A stretch of DNA of 63,762 bases, counting the filler, from Octopus bimaculoides (lineage: Eukaryota), in the NCBI RefSeq assembly GCF_001194135.2. It is 6 parts of 4 records of this genome, joined end to end, with 100 filler letters (N's around TTAATTAATTAA, not from the genome) between each part and the next. Parts side by side here need not be neighbours in the genome. Positions count along the whole stretch, not along the records: positions 1 to 23,200 come from NC_068992.1; positions 23,301 to 37,839 come from NC_068982.1; 4 more parts are not named here. One strand, 5' to 3'. Every line of letters begins with the position of its first letter. The first letter of the stretch is position 1. The translations under genes were made by a program, and so were the position numbers. The notes under the pieces were generated by a model. It saw only the letters and a list, made by a program, of their open reading frames with translations. It searched no databases and was not told the DNA's origin. This document shows, in pieces, positions 12,545 through 25,584 of this stretch.

Positions 12545-13574
12545 ACTACGATTGGTTGTCCACAGAAAACGTTTCCGGTTACTTTTGGGTACCGCGGAAA
12601 TTACTCTATAAAGGGCTGATGTGTCGGGATATGTGTATGTGTTTGTGTATACATACATACATACATAAATACATGCATACACACACACGTGCATATATAT
12701 CTAAACATAAAAACATGCACACACGAACATCCGTATACACAAACTGACAACTACGTCCAAACAAAATGTCTCATACTCACAAGTGCCCATACAGTAAACG
12801 TGTGTGTATATTATATACATATATGTATGTATGTACATATGTGCTTACGTATGGATATATGTTTGTATGTATGTATGTATGTATGTATGTATTTATGTAT
12901 GTATGTATGTATGTATGTGTATGTATAGCTCAACTAGTTACATTTACATCCATACATTTTCAGAGTTAAAGACATACAATGTTAGCAAGAGGGAGAAAAA
13001 GAACGCCCAGACGTAAACGAGTTTATCAATGTATAGTTGAAACACAATGCTACTTGATGGAAACATATGTAAGTAAAACATTTCTATGGCTTCAAAGTAT
13101 AAAATTGATTAACAACATCCCAAACATAAAGTATATTTTTGTAATAATGCTTTCTTAATAATTCTCAGTGAAAATATTGGGAAACTCTTATTTGGTAATA
13201 AAAATTGTTCTGGACAACGGAACAGCAATTCAAATTATTTCCGTTTAGAATCTTCCAGTTTCGTTCCGGAGTTATTTATTTAGCTGTCCTCCGGCACAAC
13301 AGCTTATCAGTACAGGGAAATTGCGATGAGATATCAATAATATTATTCTTGAGTTTGCTTTTATTTTGTCTTCTTTTTTATTTCCTTCAGTGAAAACTTG
13401 GCTTGTTTTTGTTCGTATATGTCAAATGGAAATCAACGATTTTACTGCAGCCATAACAAAATAAAGAAAGGAAAATTAAACTGCAAGAAAATAAATGCGA
13501 ATGGAGAATTATGTAAATCACGTCAGACTACTTCAAAATAAACCAACAAAACAGATTAAACTGGTAAACAACCA

Positions 13575-13780
13575 AGCGAGGGAGCTTCATCTCAGTTGCT
13601 CGCTTTTCTAAAAGTAGCTGCCTAATTTCTCTGAAATCACATGCTACTGTTATATATATGGGAACAGGGCAAACTCGAAAAAGTAGTCGTATATGCGCTT
13701 GAAAAAGATAGGATGGTTATGGGTGGAGTATTATTAATCATAGGTCTGCTCGATGAGGGCTGATATGGGCTCAACAACAG
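13575..13780 (+). mobile_element. SINE 3' tail fragment (family E)
   Basis: aaagataggatggtt...atcataggtctgctcgat...gggctga...acaacag; related pieces at 53030-53940. Confidence 0.55.
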
Positions 13781-14377
13781 TATATCAACTAATGAAAATG
13801 AATTGACGTTGACAGGAAATTATAAACAGAATGACATGATAAGTAGGTCACAAGATAGAAAATCGAAAGTCATAGAAAATAGGACGTGCTACCATATTGA
13901 AAAAGGTTAGCGATTCTCTAAAGTGAATATATAAAATTAATATGAACAATAGTTTGCAATGCTTCGCCAAAAATGAGAATTACAAATATCACTAAATGCG
14001 ACTAGGGTGTTAGAAAACACCTACATTGCTAGAAATAAGAGGTAAAACACCCTAACGCACATGAATGAAAACATATATACTAACAGGGATCATGATCGTC
14101 CGAAAGATGTCGATTGAGAATACTTAACAGCAATTTCCGTCACCTCATCAGTTAAGCCAGCTCGTCTTCGGAACTTACCGCACTCGCTTCGCCATTAGTA
14201 TTTATGTTTTTGTCATCCAAATAATTGAATGATTTAGCAATTCGTTAATGTGTATATATAAAATTAATATGAACAGTAGTTTGCAATGTTTCACTAAAAA
14301 GGAGAATTACAAATGTCACTAAATGCGACTGAGGGGTTAAAAGACACCACCTATATATAAATAATAAATGTTTCCTT

Positions 14378-14612
14378 CTCGAGCCATGCCAGGCTCATGA
14401 GGGCCGGTTTCCCGGTTTCAGTGGCGAACATATTCCCCACCTGGACGGGACGCCGGTGCGTCGCAGGATTACTCATTCTTTGCCAGCTGAGTGAACTGGA
14501 GCAACGTGAAATGAAGTGGTTTGATCAAGAGCACAACGCGTCACCCGGTCCAGGAATCGAAATCGCAATCTTACGGTCATGAGCCCAACACTCTAACCAC
14601 TAAGCCACGTGC

Positions 14613-14614
<2 letters not shown>
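14378..14614 (-). mobile_element. SINE family D with V-domain-like 3' segment
   Basis: Reverse-complement head ggcacgtggcttagtggttagagtgttgg...ttcgattcc; downstream cctgcgacgcaccggcgtcccgtccagg resembles the V-SINE domain (inference). Confidence 0.8.
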
Positions 14615-14657
<43 letters not shown>

Positions 14658-14940
14658 NNNNNNNNNNATACACACACGCATATATATGTGCGTAGGTATG
14701 TATATATGTATGATATAGACACATGTATGTGTATGTGCATGAGTATATGTTTGTTGTGTATGTATGAAAGAGAAATACACAGATGAATTATTCATGGCTT
14801 CCTTCCAATTATGCAATTGCTATTTCACGACACCATCTTCATTTAAAGACGGAAAGCATTTTCGGTCGTAAAATACAGATAATTCTCATATTTTCTGTTT
14901 ATGTCTCCTCCAATACGAGCTACTGGCTTCATGTTTATAT

Positions 14941-15000
<60 letters not shown>

Positions 15001-15084
15001 AAGTGTGTGGGTGTATATATATATATATACACACTCACATACATGCATACATATATATATATGTATATTTTTATGCGCGCGCGT

Positions 15085-15310
15085 GTGAGTGTGTGTGTGA
15101 GTGTGTTTTGTTTTTGTCTCTCACCACCAACTGATAACCGTGTTGGTATGTTTACTTCCCTGCAATCCACCGGTTCAGCAAAAAGAGATCGACTGAATAG
15201 ATACCAGAATTAAAAGTAAAAAAAAAAGAAAAGAATACTGGTGTCGATGTGCCCGACTAAAATACATTAAGGTTGTGCCCCAGCATGGCCGCAGTCTAAT
15301 AATTAAGAAA
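15085..15310 (+). mobile_element. SINE family B, 3' half
   Basis: accgtgttggtatgtttac...ggttcagcaaaaagagatcgact...ccagcatggccgcagtc. Confidence 0.75.
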
Positions 15311-16019
15311 AGTAAACGCAGTAAGATATAACTTTATTTATTTCTATTTAATGTTACGTGTACCTTTGTACAGGTGGACATCCGTACATAAATCAACTAA
15401 TTATTTCTATCCATATTATTTTCTTTCATCCCGCTGTCTTATCGCCATTTGTCAACCTACTATCGTACTTTGCCATCCCTTAATCTCGACTCTAGTCTAG
15501 TTCCTAAACTGCGTTTCACCAATTCTTAAAACCACATGACATTCCATATATTCACACCTCCTACCATTCTTCTAAACTATTTTATGCAGATGCACCGTTT
15601 CCTTATTCTCAAAACATGTCAATTTAATTTATTTATATAATAAATGATACAATTTAAATATTTCCTTACTATGTTATTAAGCTATAATTCAAATATTTTA
15701 CGAAATATGATTTATGCACCTTCAAATAATTACACCTGTAATTCTACGTAATTATTCCCATTGCATTTGGTTTTAAATGACCACATATCGTACCGATAAA
15801 ATTTTTTACGCCTCTCTCGTTGTAGCTAGCTGAAGATACCTTCACTAATCTGTTTGTCCAATTATTTCCTCAATTAATTTAATTTATGTTCAAATTTAAA
15901 CTTACCCCACCCCACATCCATTTGGGTTTTTTCACACAAATGCAGATCGAAAAACGAAGTACAAGCTCTTACCTTGCCTTGGGTTGTAAAATGTAAACAT
16001 TAAGAATTCAGCGTTTTAA

Positions 16020-16290
16020 CTAATGGGTCGCTTTGCGACCATGTAGTTCCGGGATTGGTGACACTGCATGACACTTTGGGTAGGTGTCTTTTATTATAGC
16101 CTCAGACCAACCAATAGCTTATGAATGAATGTAGTGGATGAAAACTGTATGGAAACCCATGTGTTTATATGTTTTCGTGTCCCTGTTTGTCTTTCCTCCC
16201 CCACATAAAAATCGGTGTTGTGTTTAAGTCCTTGTAATCTTGCAGTTAAGCAAAAGACACCGATAGAAAAAGTACCAGACTCTTAAGAAA
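16020..16290 (+). mobile_element. Degenerate SINE family B
   Basis: catgtagttccggg...ctttgggtaggtgtctttt...ggaaac...gcaaaagacaccgatag. Confidence 0.6.
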
Positions 16291-16905
16291 AAGTAACGGG
16301 GTTAATTTGTATATATACGCATACACTTATGTATCTATCCACCCCTCCATCCGCCCAAGCATACATACATGCATACACACTTGTTGTATGCATCTGAAAG
16401 GACATATATATGATAACTCATTATATTGAGAATGCAACGAGGTTATCAAGTGGTGAAATGTTTTGTCAGAGATAAAATCTCTTCATAGACGTGTGTTAAA
16501 AGACACAATATATATCGGAGTGAGATGAACATCGTCGTTGCAGCGATTCATGTGAATGTCAGACGTTCACCTTTGCTTTGATATGCTTATAAGAAACAGT
16601 GAATAAAATATACGCTGGTATTGCGAAAGCATGCTGGGCTTTAGAAAAACTAGATATGCACAACTGAAATAGTGTTAAATTCAAACCACCTTCTGTGTGG
16701 TCTATCGGTACATAGAATAGTAAAAATACAGAAAAGTACAAAATTCACTGATAATTCATAAGTTAATTACGAATCATCTATGAATTTTCTGCTTTCTTGC
16801 TTTTTCGCTATTCTAATAATGTTGGTCTGAAATAAATACATGCAAATTTATTCTACTTATGTTTATTGCCTTGTAATAATTCATTGGAACTTAATGATGT
16901 GTTCA

Positions 16906-16956
<51 letters not shown>

Positions 16957-16971
16957 TTTATGTATAATATA

Positions 16972-17008
<37 letters not shown>

Positions 17009-17719
17009 TGCATCGTGTATTCTGAAATTTGAATAGTAAAAAAGATAATTATAAAATATCTAAATATATTTTACAAACCAAGTAATACTCGAATACCTTA
17101 ATTTACTAACAACCGCTCCCCATGGGTCTTCTTGAATCTTTTCCACTGTTAATTTTTACAGATATGCATACATACTCGTAGAAACACGACGCGCGCTCGC
17201 GCGCGCACATACTGGTGTTCACATACAGACAAACACACACCCAGATAATACACATTTATAGACACACACACACATACATACGCACAAACATACCACACTC
17301 ATATATATATCTAACTGTATACATACACACACATACACACACAATCTACATTAGCTCAATTTAGTCAAATTGAATTAGTATATCGGGTTTGTATTAAAAA
17401 ACGAAGCTATTAGGATAAATGAATAGAAGTACCTAAACTTTAGGAGAAACAAGAAGGTACTATGTTTTCTATAGACAGGAAGGTACTATTTTCCAATAGG
17501 AGGAAGTAAAAGAAAAAATACACCACTGATAAGAAATTAGAATACCAATTATTACAACTACTATAGTAAGAATTACAATAAGGGAAAATAGAAGTTTCCA
17601 GGTATGTGAAGCGAGAAGTGAGTTAATAGATAGCGCCAGAGATCTTGTTAGTAGATCTTGTTTAGTACAATACATAGATTCAGATTAAGCTATGCCTGCT
17701 ATTCTTTTGTAAGAGAGTC

Positions 17720-18480
17720 TAAATGTTCAAAGAATCTTGTGGTCGCAGTTGATAATTAGCTCATTTCGGTTATTTAAAAGTTGTGTGTCGGAAAGAAAAC
17801 TTTCAGTTGCATCCTGGTTGCATAAACGACATGGCTTTTGTTCTCACATGAATGAAGTTGAATTTTCACTATGTTCCATTATAATGTGTGTGTTTAAATT
17901 TTTAAGCTGCCAGATGTATTTGACCAAAGAAGTTGAAGGGGCCAATTTGGGTTTTTTGAACCAGTGCATATGCATACGAAAGCGTTTCTTCAAATCGTTG
18001 GCTGTTGCTCATGCGTTCTCTAGAACCGGCACGCGTAATAATTTGACACCCGTATACAATGTATTTAGCAAGACAGTTCCCGTTTAATGGGAAATCGTAG
18101 GTATTTTTACAATTACAGGTTTTAGTATTGGGAGCTCCTATGGTAGTAATATTGAATACATTGGCATTTGATATCTGGTTGGAGTTTGCTGCAGAGATGC
18201 TCGTAGGAAATACTTAAAAATTATTGCTGTGTTAGCAACAAGTTAGAAATAGACTGCTTAACTGAGTTATGTTCTGTTGATGATCATGTAAAGACTGGAA
18301 ACTTTCAGGGAACGTAGACGCCAGGGGTCAGGACCAATGGTATATAGTGACTGGTTATTCTGTATCGGAGTACCTATATGTTTAAATAGTTTATTTTTGT
18401 TTTGTCTAAACTTAGTCCCAGCCATACGTTCACATTCTATTATATGTACTGCCATTTAGTTTGTGTATAACTATTTATAT
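17720..18480 (-). mobile_element. Penelope-like element remnant (GIY-YIG endonuclease region and C-terminus)
   Basis: Minus translation with frameshifts: TCNCKNTYDFPLNGNCLAKYIVY...KKRFRMH...TSLVKYIWQLK...CRLC...LLNNRNELIINCDHK, matching the PLE CNC...CPL.G.CL and LN.R.EL...C.H pattern. Confidence 0.8.
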
Positions 18481-19950
18481 CTGTGATTATTAGAAGACAC
18501 TTAGATAGTATGAAATTAACTGCTTCAACACCAAACCAATCTTGAGAAAATGGATTTCACAAAATCAGAAAACACATAACTAATTCAGAAATAGAACAAC
18601 GTGCATTTGAAGGCAGTGTGAAAATATGCATAACAATCCAGAGGTTTAGCTTGCTATAAGTGTACAGACACACAAGTGTAGACATGCAAACATATATAGC
18701 TGTACCAATACACCTTTCAAAATATACAGATCCATAATGCAGTGACATCTATGCATGCAGACATAAGTATGTACACAGATACGTATAATTACATGTGTAC
18801 ATACATGCATACATGTGTGGATTCAAGCACACATGCATGTCTTTATATATATATACGTTAGACACACATATCTATGCATATGTACTTATGCACACACACA
18901 CACACACATATATATATGTATATATCTGTATATATTTATGTATATATATATATGTATATATATGTGTATATATACATACATACATATATANNNNNNNNNN
19001 NNNNNNNNNNNNNNNNNNNNNNNNNNNNNNNNNNNNNNNNNNNNNNNNNNNNNNNNNNNNNNNNNNNNNNNNNNNNNNNNNNNNNNNNNNNNNNNNNNNN
19101 NNNNNNNNNNNNNNNNNNNNNNNNNNNNNNNNNNNNNNNNNNNNNNNNNNNNNNNNNNNNNNNNNNNNNNNNNNNNNNNNNNNNNNNNNNNNNNNNNNNN
19201 NNNNNNNNNNNNNNNNNNNNNNNNNNNNNNNNNNNNNNNNNNNNNNNNNNNNNNNNNNNNNNNNNNNNNNNNNNNNNNNNNNNNNNNNNNNNNNNNNNNN
19301 NNNNNNNNNNNNNNNNNNNNNNNNNNNNNNNNNNNNNNNNNNNNNNNNNNNNNNNNNNNNNNNNNNNNNNNNNNNNNNNNNNNNNNNNNNNNNNNNNNNN
19401 NNNNNNNNNNNNNNNNNNNNNNNNNNNNNNNNNNNNNNNNNNNNNNNNNNNNNNNNNNNNNNNNNNNNNNNNNNNNNNNNNNNNNNNNNNNNNNNNNNNN
19501 NNNNNNNNNNNNNNNNNNNNNNNNNNNNNNNNNNNNNNNNNNNNNNNNNNNNNNNNNNNNNNNNNNNNNNNNNNNNNNNNNNNNNNNNNNNNNNNNNNNN
19601 NNNNNNNNNNNNNNNNNNNNNNNNNNNNNNNNNNNNNNNNNNNNNNNNNNNNNNNNNNNNNNNNNNNNNNNNNNNNNNNNNNNNNNNNNNNNNNNNNNNN
19701 NNNNNNNNNNNNNNNNNNNNNNNNNNNNNNNNNNNNNNNNNNNNNNNNNNNNNNNNNNNNNNNNNNNNNNNNNNNNNNNNNNNNNNNNNNNNNNNNNNNN
19801 NNNNNNNNNNNNNNNNNNNNNNNNNNNNNNNNNNNNNNNNNNNNNNNNNNNNNNNNNNNNNNNNNNNNNNNNNNNNNNNNNNNNNNNNNNNNNNNNNNNN
19901 NNNNNNNNNNNNNNNNNNNNNNNNNNNNNNNNNNNNNNNNNNNNNNNNNN

Positions 19951-19983
<33 letters not shown>

Positions 19984-20539
19984 ACACACACATACACATA
20001 TACATAATAACATTTGCTTATATATGCATAAGTTTATATGCACACTGAGCCACACACACACACACACATCCACACACAAACAGACAGAGAAAATTATTGC
20101 AATTCTTGCTTAAAGGGAATTTATTTTGGGAGTCTTTTGTATTGAATTTCATAAAGTTTTATTTGCCTTTAACATTTTTGATGAAAGCATTATCCTAAAA
20201 TGGAGAAATCGAGTCGTGGAGTATTAGAATTCCACCCACCACCATCCAAAAACAAAACAAAAAAAAATGGCAAGAAAATGCAAATCTATTTTACTCTCGC
20301 ACACATATTCCAATACATCCCTCCCCCACCCTACACGCATAAATATAATCAATAACTGATCGCTGTTGTGTTGGAACTATTTTATTTTACCAACAATTGT
20401 AGGTCGGTTCTCTACTTAATCCTATTTAGCGTTGAGCTGCATCGAAAGAGCAAACTCAAAATGGCTGAGTAGGCAAAAGTACAGGGCTACCTGTCCATAT
20501 GTATATTTTTTAATCTGTTATTTTTTATTTGTTTCAGTC

Positions 20540-20720
20540 CAATGGCATTGTGGCCATGCTAGAGCACCGCCTTGAAGGATTTCAGTCGAACAAGATCGAT
20601 GCCAGTACTTGCTTTTTGTTTTTTTATTGAATGGTTCTTATTCTATCGGTGTCTTTTGCCGAATCGTTAAGTTACTGGTACATAAACAAATCGACGCCGG
20701 TTTTCAAGCAGTGATGGAGA
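20540..20720 (-). mobile_element. SINE family B, 3' half
   Basis: tttcagtc...tggccatgctagagcaccgcc...ctatcggtgtcttttgccgaa. Confidence 0.75.
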
Positions 20721-22083
20721 CAAACACAGAGACAAAGAGACATGTGTGCATGTACACACACACACACACATATATATATATACACACACATACATACGCA
20801 CGCATGTATATACACACCCATATATATATACACAAACATGTGTATACAAACATGTATATACACACACATGTATATACAAACATGTATATACACACACATG
20901 TATATATAAACACACAAAGTGAGTTAGGAGGGACATATTATCCAAGCGGATGCCATGTTGGCTGTTCGTTTGGTTCCAGATGCCGGCTAATCACAACGGT
21001 CAGTATCCAATGTCCGTGCCTACAACAAATTCTTAGCTACTGTTGAATTCTTCCGTTGTGTAATTCCGTGTGTCCTACTCAGGATTGTAGAGGTTCCTTA
21101 GAGTTTATAATAACATTAGTAATAATAAGGAGTATGGAGACTTGTACATCCACAATATTTATTTTATAGTTATACACAGCATATACAATGACCTACATAT
21201 ATTTCCCATGCAGCAACGCTGCATATTGTTGTAGATACAACCTTGCAATATTGTCAGAGCAATTTCATCAGGGTCAGTCCATTTGGTCTTCTTGTTCTGG
21301 TTAACGTAAGTTTTTGTTAGTTAGTATTCCATAGAAGGCAGGAGTGTTGCTGTTTATAGTTACAAAAACCTGACCTAGAACTCATATCTGTTGTTGACGG
21401 AGGTTGGGACTTGGTCTTAACATAGGTCATGGTTGGGGTTGTTGTTTTTATGTTCTGTGTATGTTTTCTTGTTGTTATGTGTTTTCACTATTATAAGCTA
21501 TACATATCCAGAAGATGACAGTGGATACCAACAATCCAAATCCATCTATAAATGAAGAAATCCTAAAAGAATTGCAAGAGAGAAATGAAAACAGAAAAAC
21601 TCGGTAAACTACACAAGCCTACACATGACAGTAACATCGAAGAGAAAGGAACAACAACCAACAAGTTTATTTTCAATATACAGCGATTATGTCATACCAT
21701 GGAAAGATTTATGAGCAGTAAATCAGAATAAGACACTTCACACCAAATTAAAACCAAAATTGGACATATTTTGAAAAAAGAACCTAAGAACAAGTAAATT
21801 CACACTTTGGAAGATGGTGAAAAAATATGAACAAAGGTGGAATCTATGACAAATGGATAAATTCTACCCTACTGATCTGACCAAGTTTCAAATTAAACCC
21901 ATTTACTAACGTTTTATAAAAGTCATTTAATGTAACAAATATAAAAATACTGATCCTGTCCGATTAAAAGAAAAGAAAGTAAAACAAATCTTTTAACATA
22001 CTTCGTGCTGTGTCCACATACAGTTTTTACCCCCCTCCCCTGTGCTCTTTTACTCTTTTACTTGTTTCAGTCATTTGACTGCT

Positions 22084-22900
22084 ACTGGGGTAAAAGCATG
22101 TGTTTTAGACTAAATCGAGGATGCTGATTCAGAATCCGCACTCAGAATTGTTCTAGCACGTCAGGATTTTGAATTATGCGCAAGATTATAACTATACTTT
22201 CGTCTAGATATAGGCTGTGTTATAAAATTTGCTAAAATGAAAGTAGTCTTAATTCAAAATTAAAGAAATAACAACAATAAAACAAATGATGAGAAAGTTC
22301 ATTATTTAGCTTAGCAATAGATGGCGCTGGCGTATTGTGTGCAATGCCAAATATGTCAGTTTGTTCTTGGTAACCTTCAGTGTCTTTTGCGCTGCCGTCA
22401 CGTGTGGTATACGTACCTCTCGCTCGGCGGGATTACTGTTTTAACTGTTTTCATTGTGTTAAATCATGAATAGGAGAGGCTGTGTGAATCACCGAGACAA
22501 CTTTTGTTATGTCTGTGGAAAATTTGCTCCGTGTGACCAGCGGAAGAACATTGCCACCAAATTAAAAACTGCCTATAAATATTATTTATGTAAAGTAGGG
22601 GACCAAGACAAGAGGTGGGCACCTCATATATGCTGCACCGTGTGTTACTCAGGGCTTATACAGTGGCATTGAACAGAAATTTATTATATTCAGTACTAAT
22701 ATACTATTATGAGAATTATTTACCGTGAACTTAACTATTTCTGATTCCAGTATAGTATTAATATATAATTATGCGCATAACTCAAAATCCTGACGTGTTA
22801 CAGCAATTCTGAGTTCAGATTCGGAATCAGCGTTCTCGATTTAGTTTAGTACTGTATCACTTGTCTGGGTAGCAGACAATAGATTTTTTCGTTGCCCACC
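22084..22900 (+). mobile_element. Internally deleted TIR DNA transposon retaining a Cys-rich transposase N-terminus; superfamily unassigned
   Basis: About 70-bp imperfect inverted repeats (22107-22180 vs 22770-22845) flank ORF 22466-22672 (...DNFCYVCGK...VGDQDKRWAPHICCTVC). Confidence 0.75.
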
Positions 22901-23135
22901 TGCAGTCAGACAAGTAAATATGCAGATAATCAGAAGATATTCAATACTGGGAATTTGCTCTCAGCGGAGTAAGTAAAATGCACAGCTTGGAATACACAAT
23001 GGAACTGACATCTTGTGGAGGCGTCGAAGAAAGTTTAATTGGTCATATCTAAATACGTTACACAAAACAAAGCAACATATTGAGACGTGGCAAAGATGTA
23101 GTTCTTCGCTAATTATTTGCATCACAGACAGACAG

Positions 23136-23200
<65 letters not shown>

Positions 23201-23527
23201 NNNNNNNNNNNNNNNNNNNNNNNNNNNNNNNNNNNNNNNNNNNNTTAATTAATTAANNNNNNNNNNNNNNNNNNNNNNNNNNNNNNNNNNNNNNNNNNNN
23301 AATGATATATAAGCATATGCATGTATACATACATATATGTACATACCTACATCTACATGTATATATAGATGCATATCCGGGTACAGGACGTCAGAAAAGT
23401 GAACGGGGACATAAAAAACCAAAACGGACTTTGTTTACAGACAACAGAATGAACACAGGAAAACAAACAAGCCACTTTGAATCATTCCTTCATCAGCTGC
23501 CTCTATTCTAAAACTAGGCGTTTCGAA

Positions 23528-24382
23528 GGTCATCCCGTAAATGATGCGGCTTCTTCAATTGTATGAACTAAAAGTGAGAGTGGGGTGAGATAAACTACCT
23601 GCATCAACTTGCTATAAAAGCAGGTAATAATTTTACCTTCTCCTTATTCTAAGTGCAAGATTTTGATTTTAACAGTTACTTTTTCAAAGCTATAATGGAA
23701 GTGAAAAAGGTGCATATTCAGCATATTTTGCTTTATGAGCTCCACAAAGGCAACAACGCAACGGAAAGTGCGAAGAATATTAATGCAGTATATGGGGATT
23801 GGACAATAAATGTAAGCTAGTGTCAACGGTGGTTCCAGAAATTCCGAACCCAGGCTAAAGAAGGTCTTCGTCCACAAAAGGTACTGTTATCTTTTTTGCT
23901 GAGATATGAAAGGTTTACTCCACTTTGAACTTTTAAACCCAAACCAAACGATAACAAAGGAGATCTACTGCGAGCAACTTGAGCGGCTTAAGTCAACATT
24001 AGAAGAAAAACTACCATCTTTGGTTTTAAGACGAAAGGTGTTCTTCCATCAAGAAAATGCTCGGACACATACGGTGAGGATGACATTCCAAAGGCTGGAC
24101 ATTGCCCCATCTGATTATAATTTATTCCGAAGTCTTTAAAATCATTTAGACGAAAAAAATATGAATTCTATAGACGAGATCAGAACAGTACTGGAGGAGT
24201 ATTTTCCGTCACGGACAAGTGAATTTCGGAAGAGGGGTGCTGCAAGTCTACCAAATAGATGGAAGAGCATTGAAGAAAATGAAGGAGAGTATATTTTAGA
24301 TTACAAAAGAAGTTTGTTAATCTTAATTTTGAAAATTAAAAGAAGTATAAAAAAAGCCTCATTATTTATGGGATGACCCGTA
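23528..24382 (+). mobile_element. Mariner element with both TIRs and internal deletions
   Basis: TIRs ggtcatcccgtaaatgatgcggc and gcctcattatttatgggatgaccc. From ATG 23695: MEVKKVHIQHILLYE...CQRWFQKFR, ...DMKGLLHFELL...HQENAR...DIAPSDYNLFRSL...LPNRWKSIEENEGEY, with stops and frameshifts. Confidence 0.92.
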
Positions 24383-24619
24383 ATATAGTAATTGATTAAG
24401 TAACCAGAAGATGGATTTAGTTTTAATCTTCATTTTGTACGATTATCGTTTCGACCCATTCTGTTACTGTCCCTTATGGATGGGATTCTGTGCATCATGC
24501 GGATGACACCAGGTAACCCAAATCATGCTAATGCTTTACTGAACACGTTAACACACTAATCGACATATACCCATTAATCCAAAATATTACATACATATAT
24601 ATATATATACACACACAAT

Positions 24620-24870
24620 GTGCTTCTTTTAGTTTCCGCCTCTCAAATCCACATACAAGGTTCCTGGCCAGCCCGCCGCTACGGTACAAGACACTTACCC
24701 AACCAAGGTATCATGCAGTGGAACTGAACCCAAGACCACATAGCTGGGAAGCAAGCTTCTTAACGACACATACACGCATACATATATGCGCATGCAGTCC
24801 GGCGATGGTTTAGCTGGTTGAAACTTCGAAATCACTGTCAACATCATTCTTACATAAGAATGTGTGTGTG

Positions 24871-24901
<31 letters not shown>

Positions 24902-25095
24902 GTGTGTGCTTGTCTCCGCCCCACCACTTCACAACTGATGCTGGTTGGTTTATGTCATTGCAACTTATGAATTCGGCAAAAGAAATCAATAGAATAAATG
25001 TCAGGCTTAGAAATAAGTACTGCGAATGATTTATTTGACGTAAATTTCAAGCCGGTGCCCCAGCTTGGCCGCAGTCCAGTGAAACAAAAGATAAG
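24620..25095. mobile_element. SINE family B with 5' half (-) and 3' half (+) in opposite orientations
   Basis: 24620-24770 is the reverse complement of the B head and CORE-like part; 24900-25095 is the B 3' half on plus. Confidence 0.7.
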
Positions 25096-25446
25096 AAATA
25101 AAATATTATGTGTCAACGACTATGCTATCCAATGCGACAACCCAGATTCTTTCAGAGCAGCAGGATTTGAAATGAAGGAGATTTAGTTGCTATTTCTGCA
25201 GTTCAAATGACCTGCATAGGAGGCTGTATTATATGTTGATGTTGGGTTTGTGGCGGAGAAGGTAACATTTAGAACTGTTGCATTCAATTCAATGGCTTTA
25301 TTCAGAATGCATACAGATGGGTACGGCGCCCTCGGCCAGACTGAACCAGTGGTAGGCGCAAACGCACGAACAAACATAAATACACACGCACATTAACATA
25401 TCTATATACTTGCAAATACATGCACACACCTATACACACACACAGA

Positions 25447-25478
<32 letters not shown>

Positions 25479-25537
25479 CACACACATCAATATTCACGTG
25501 CGAGTGTGTGTGTGTATATAATCATGTGCGTATACAT

Positions 25538-25584
<47 letters not shown>

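Noticed and set aside
24430-24535. Minus-strand GAAACGATAATCGTA palindromic stem III
   Set aside because: No CUGANGA box or stem I upstream; at most a fossil.
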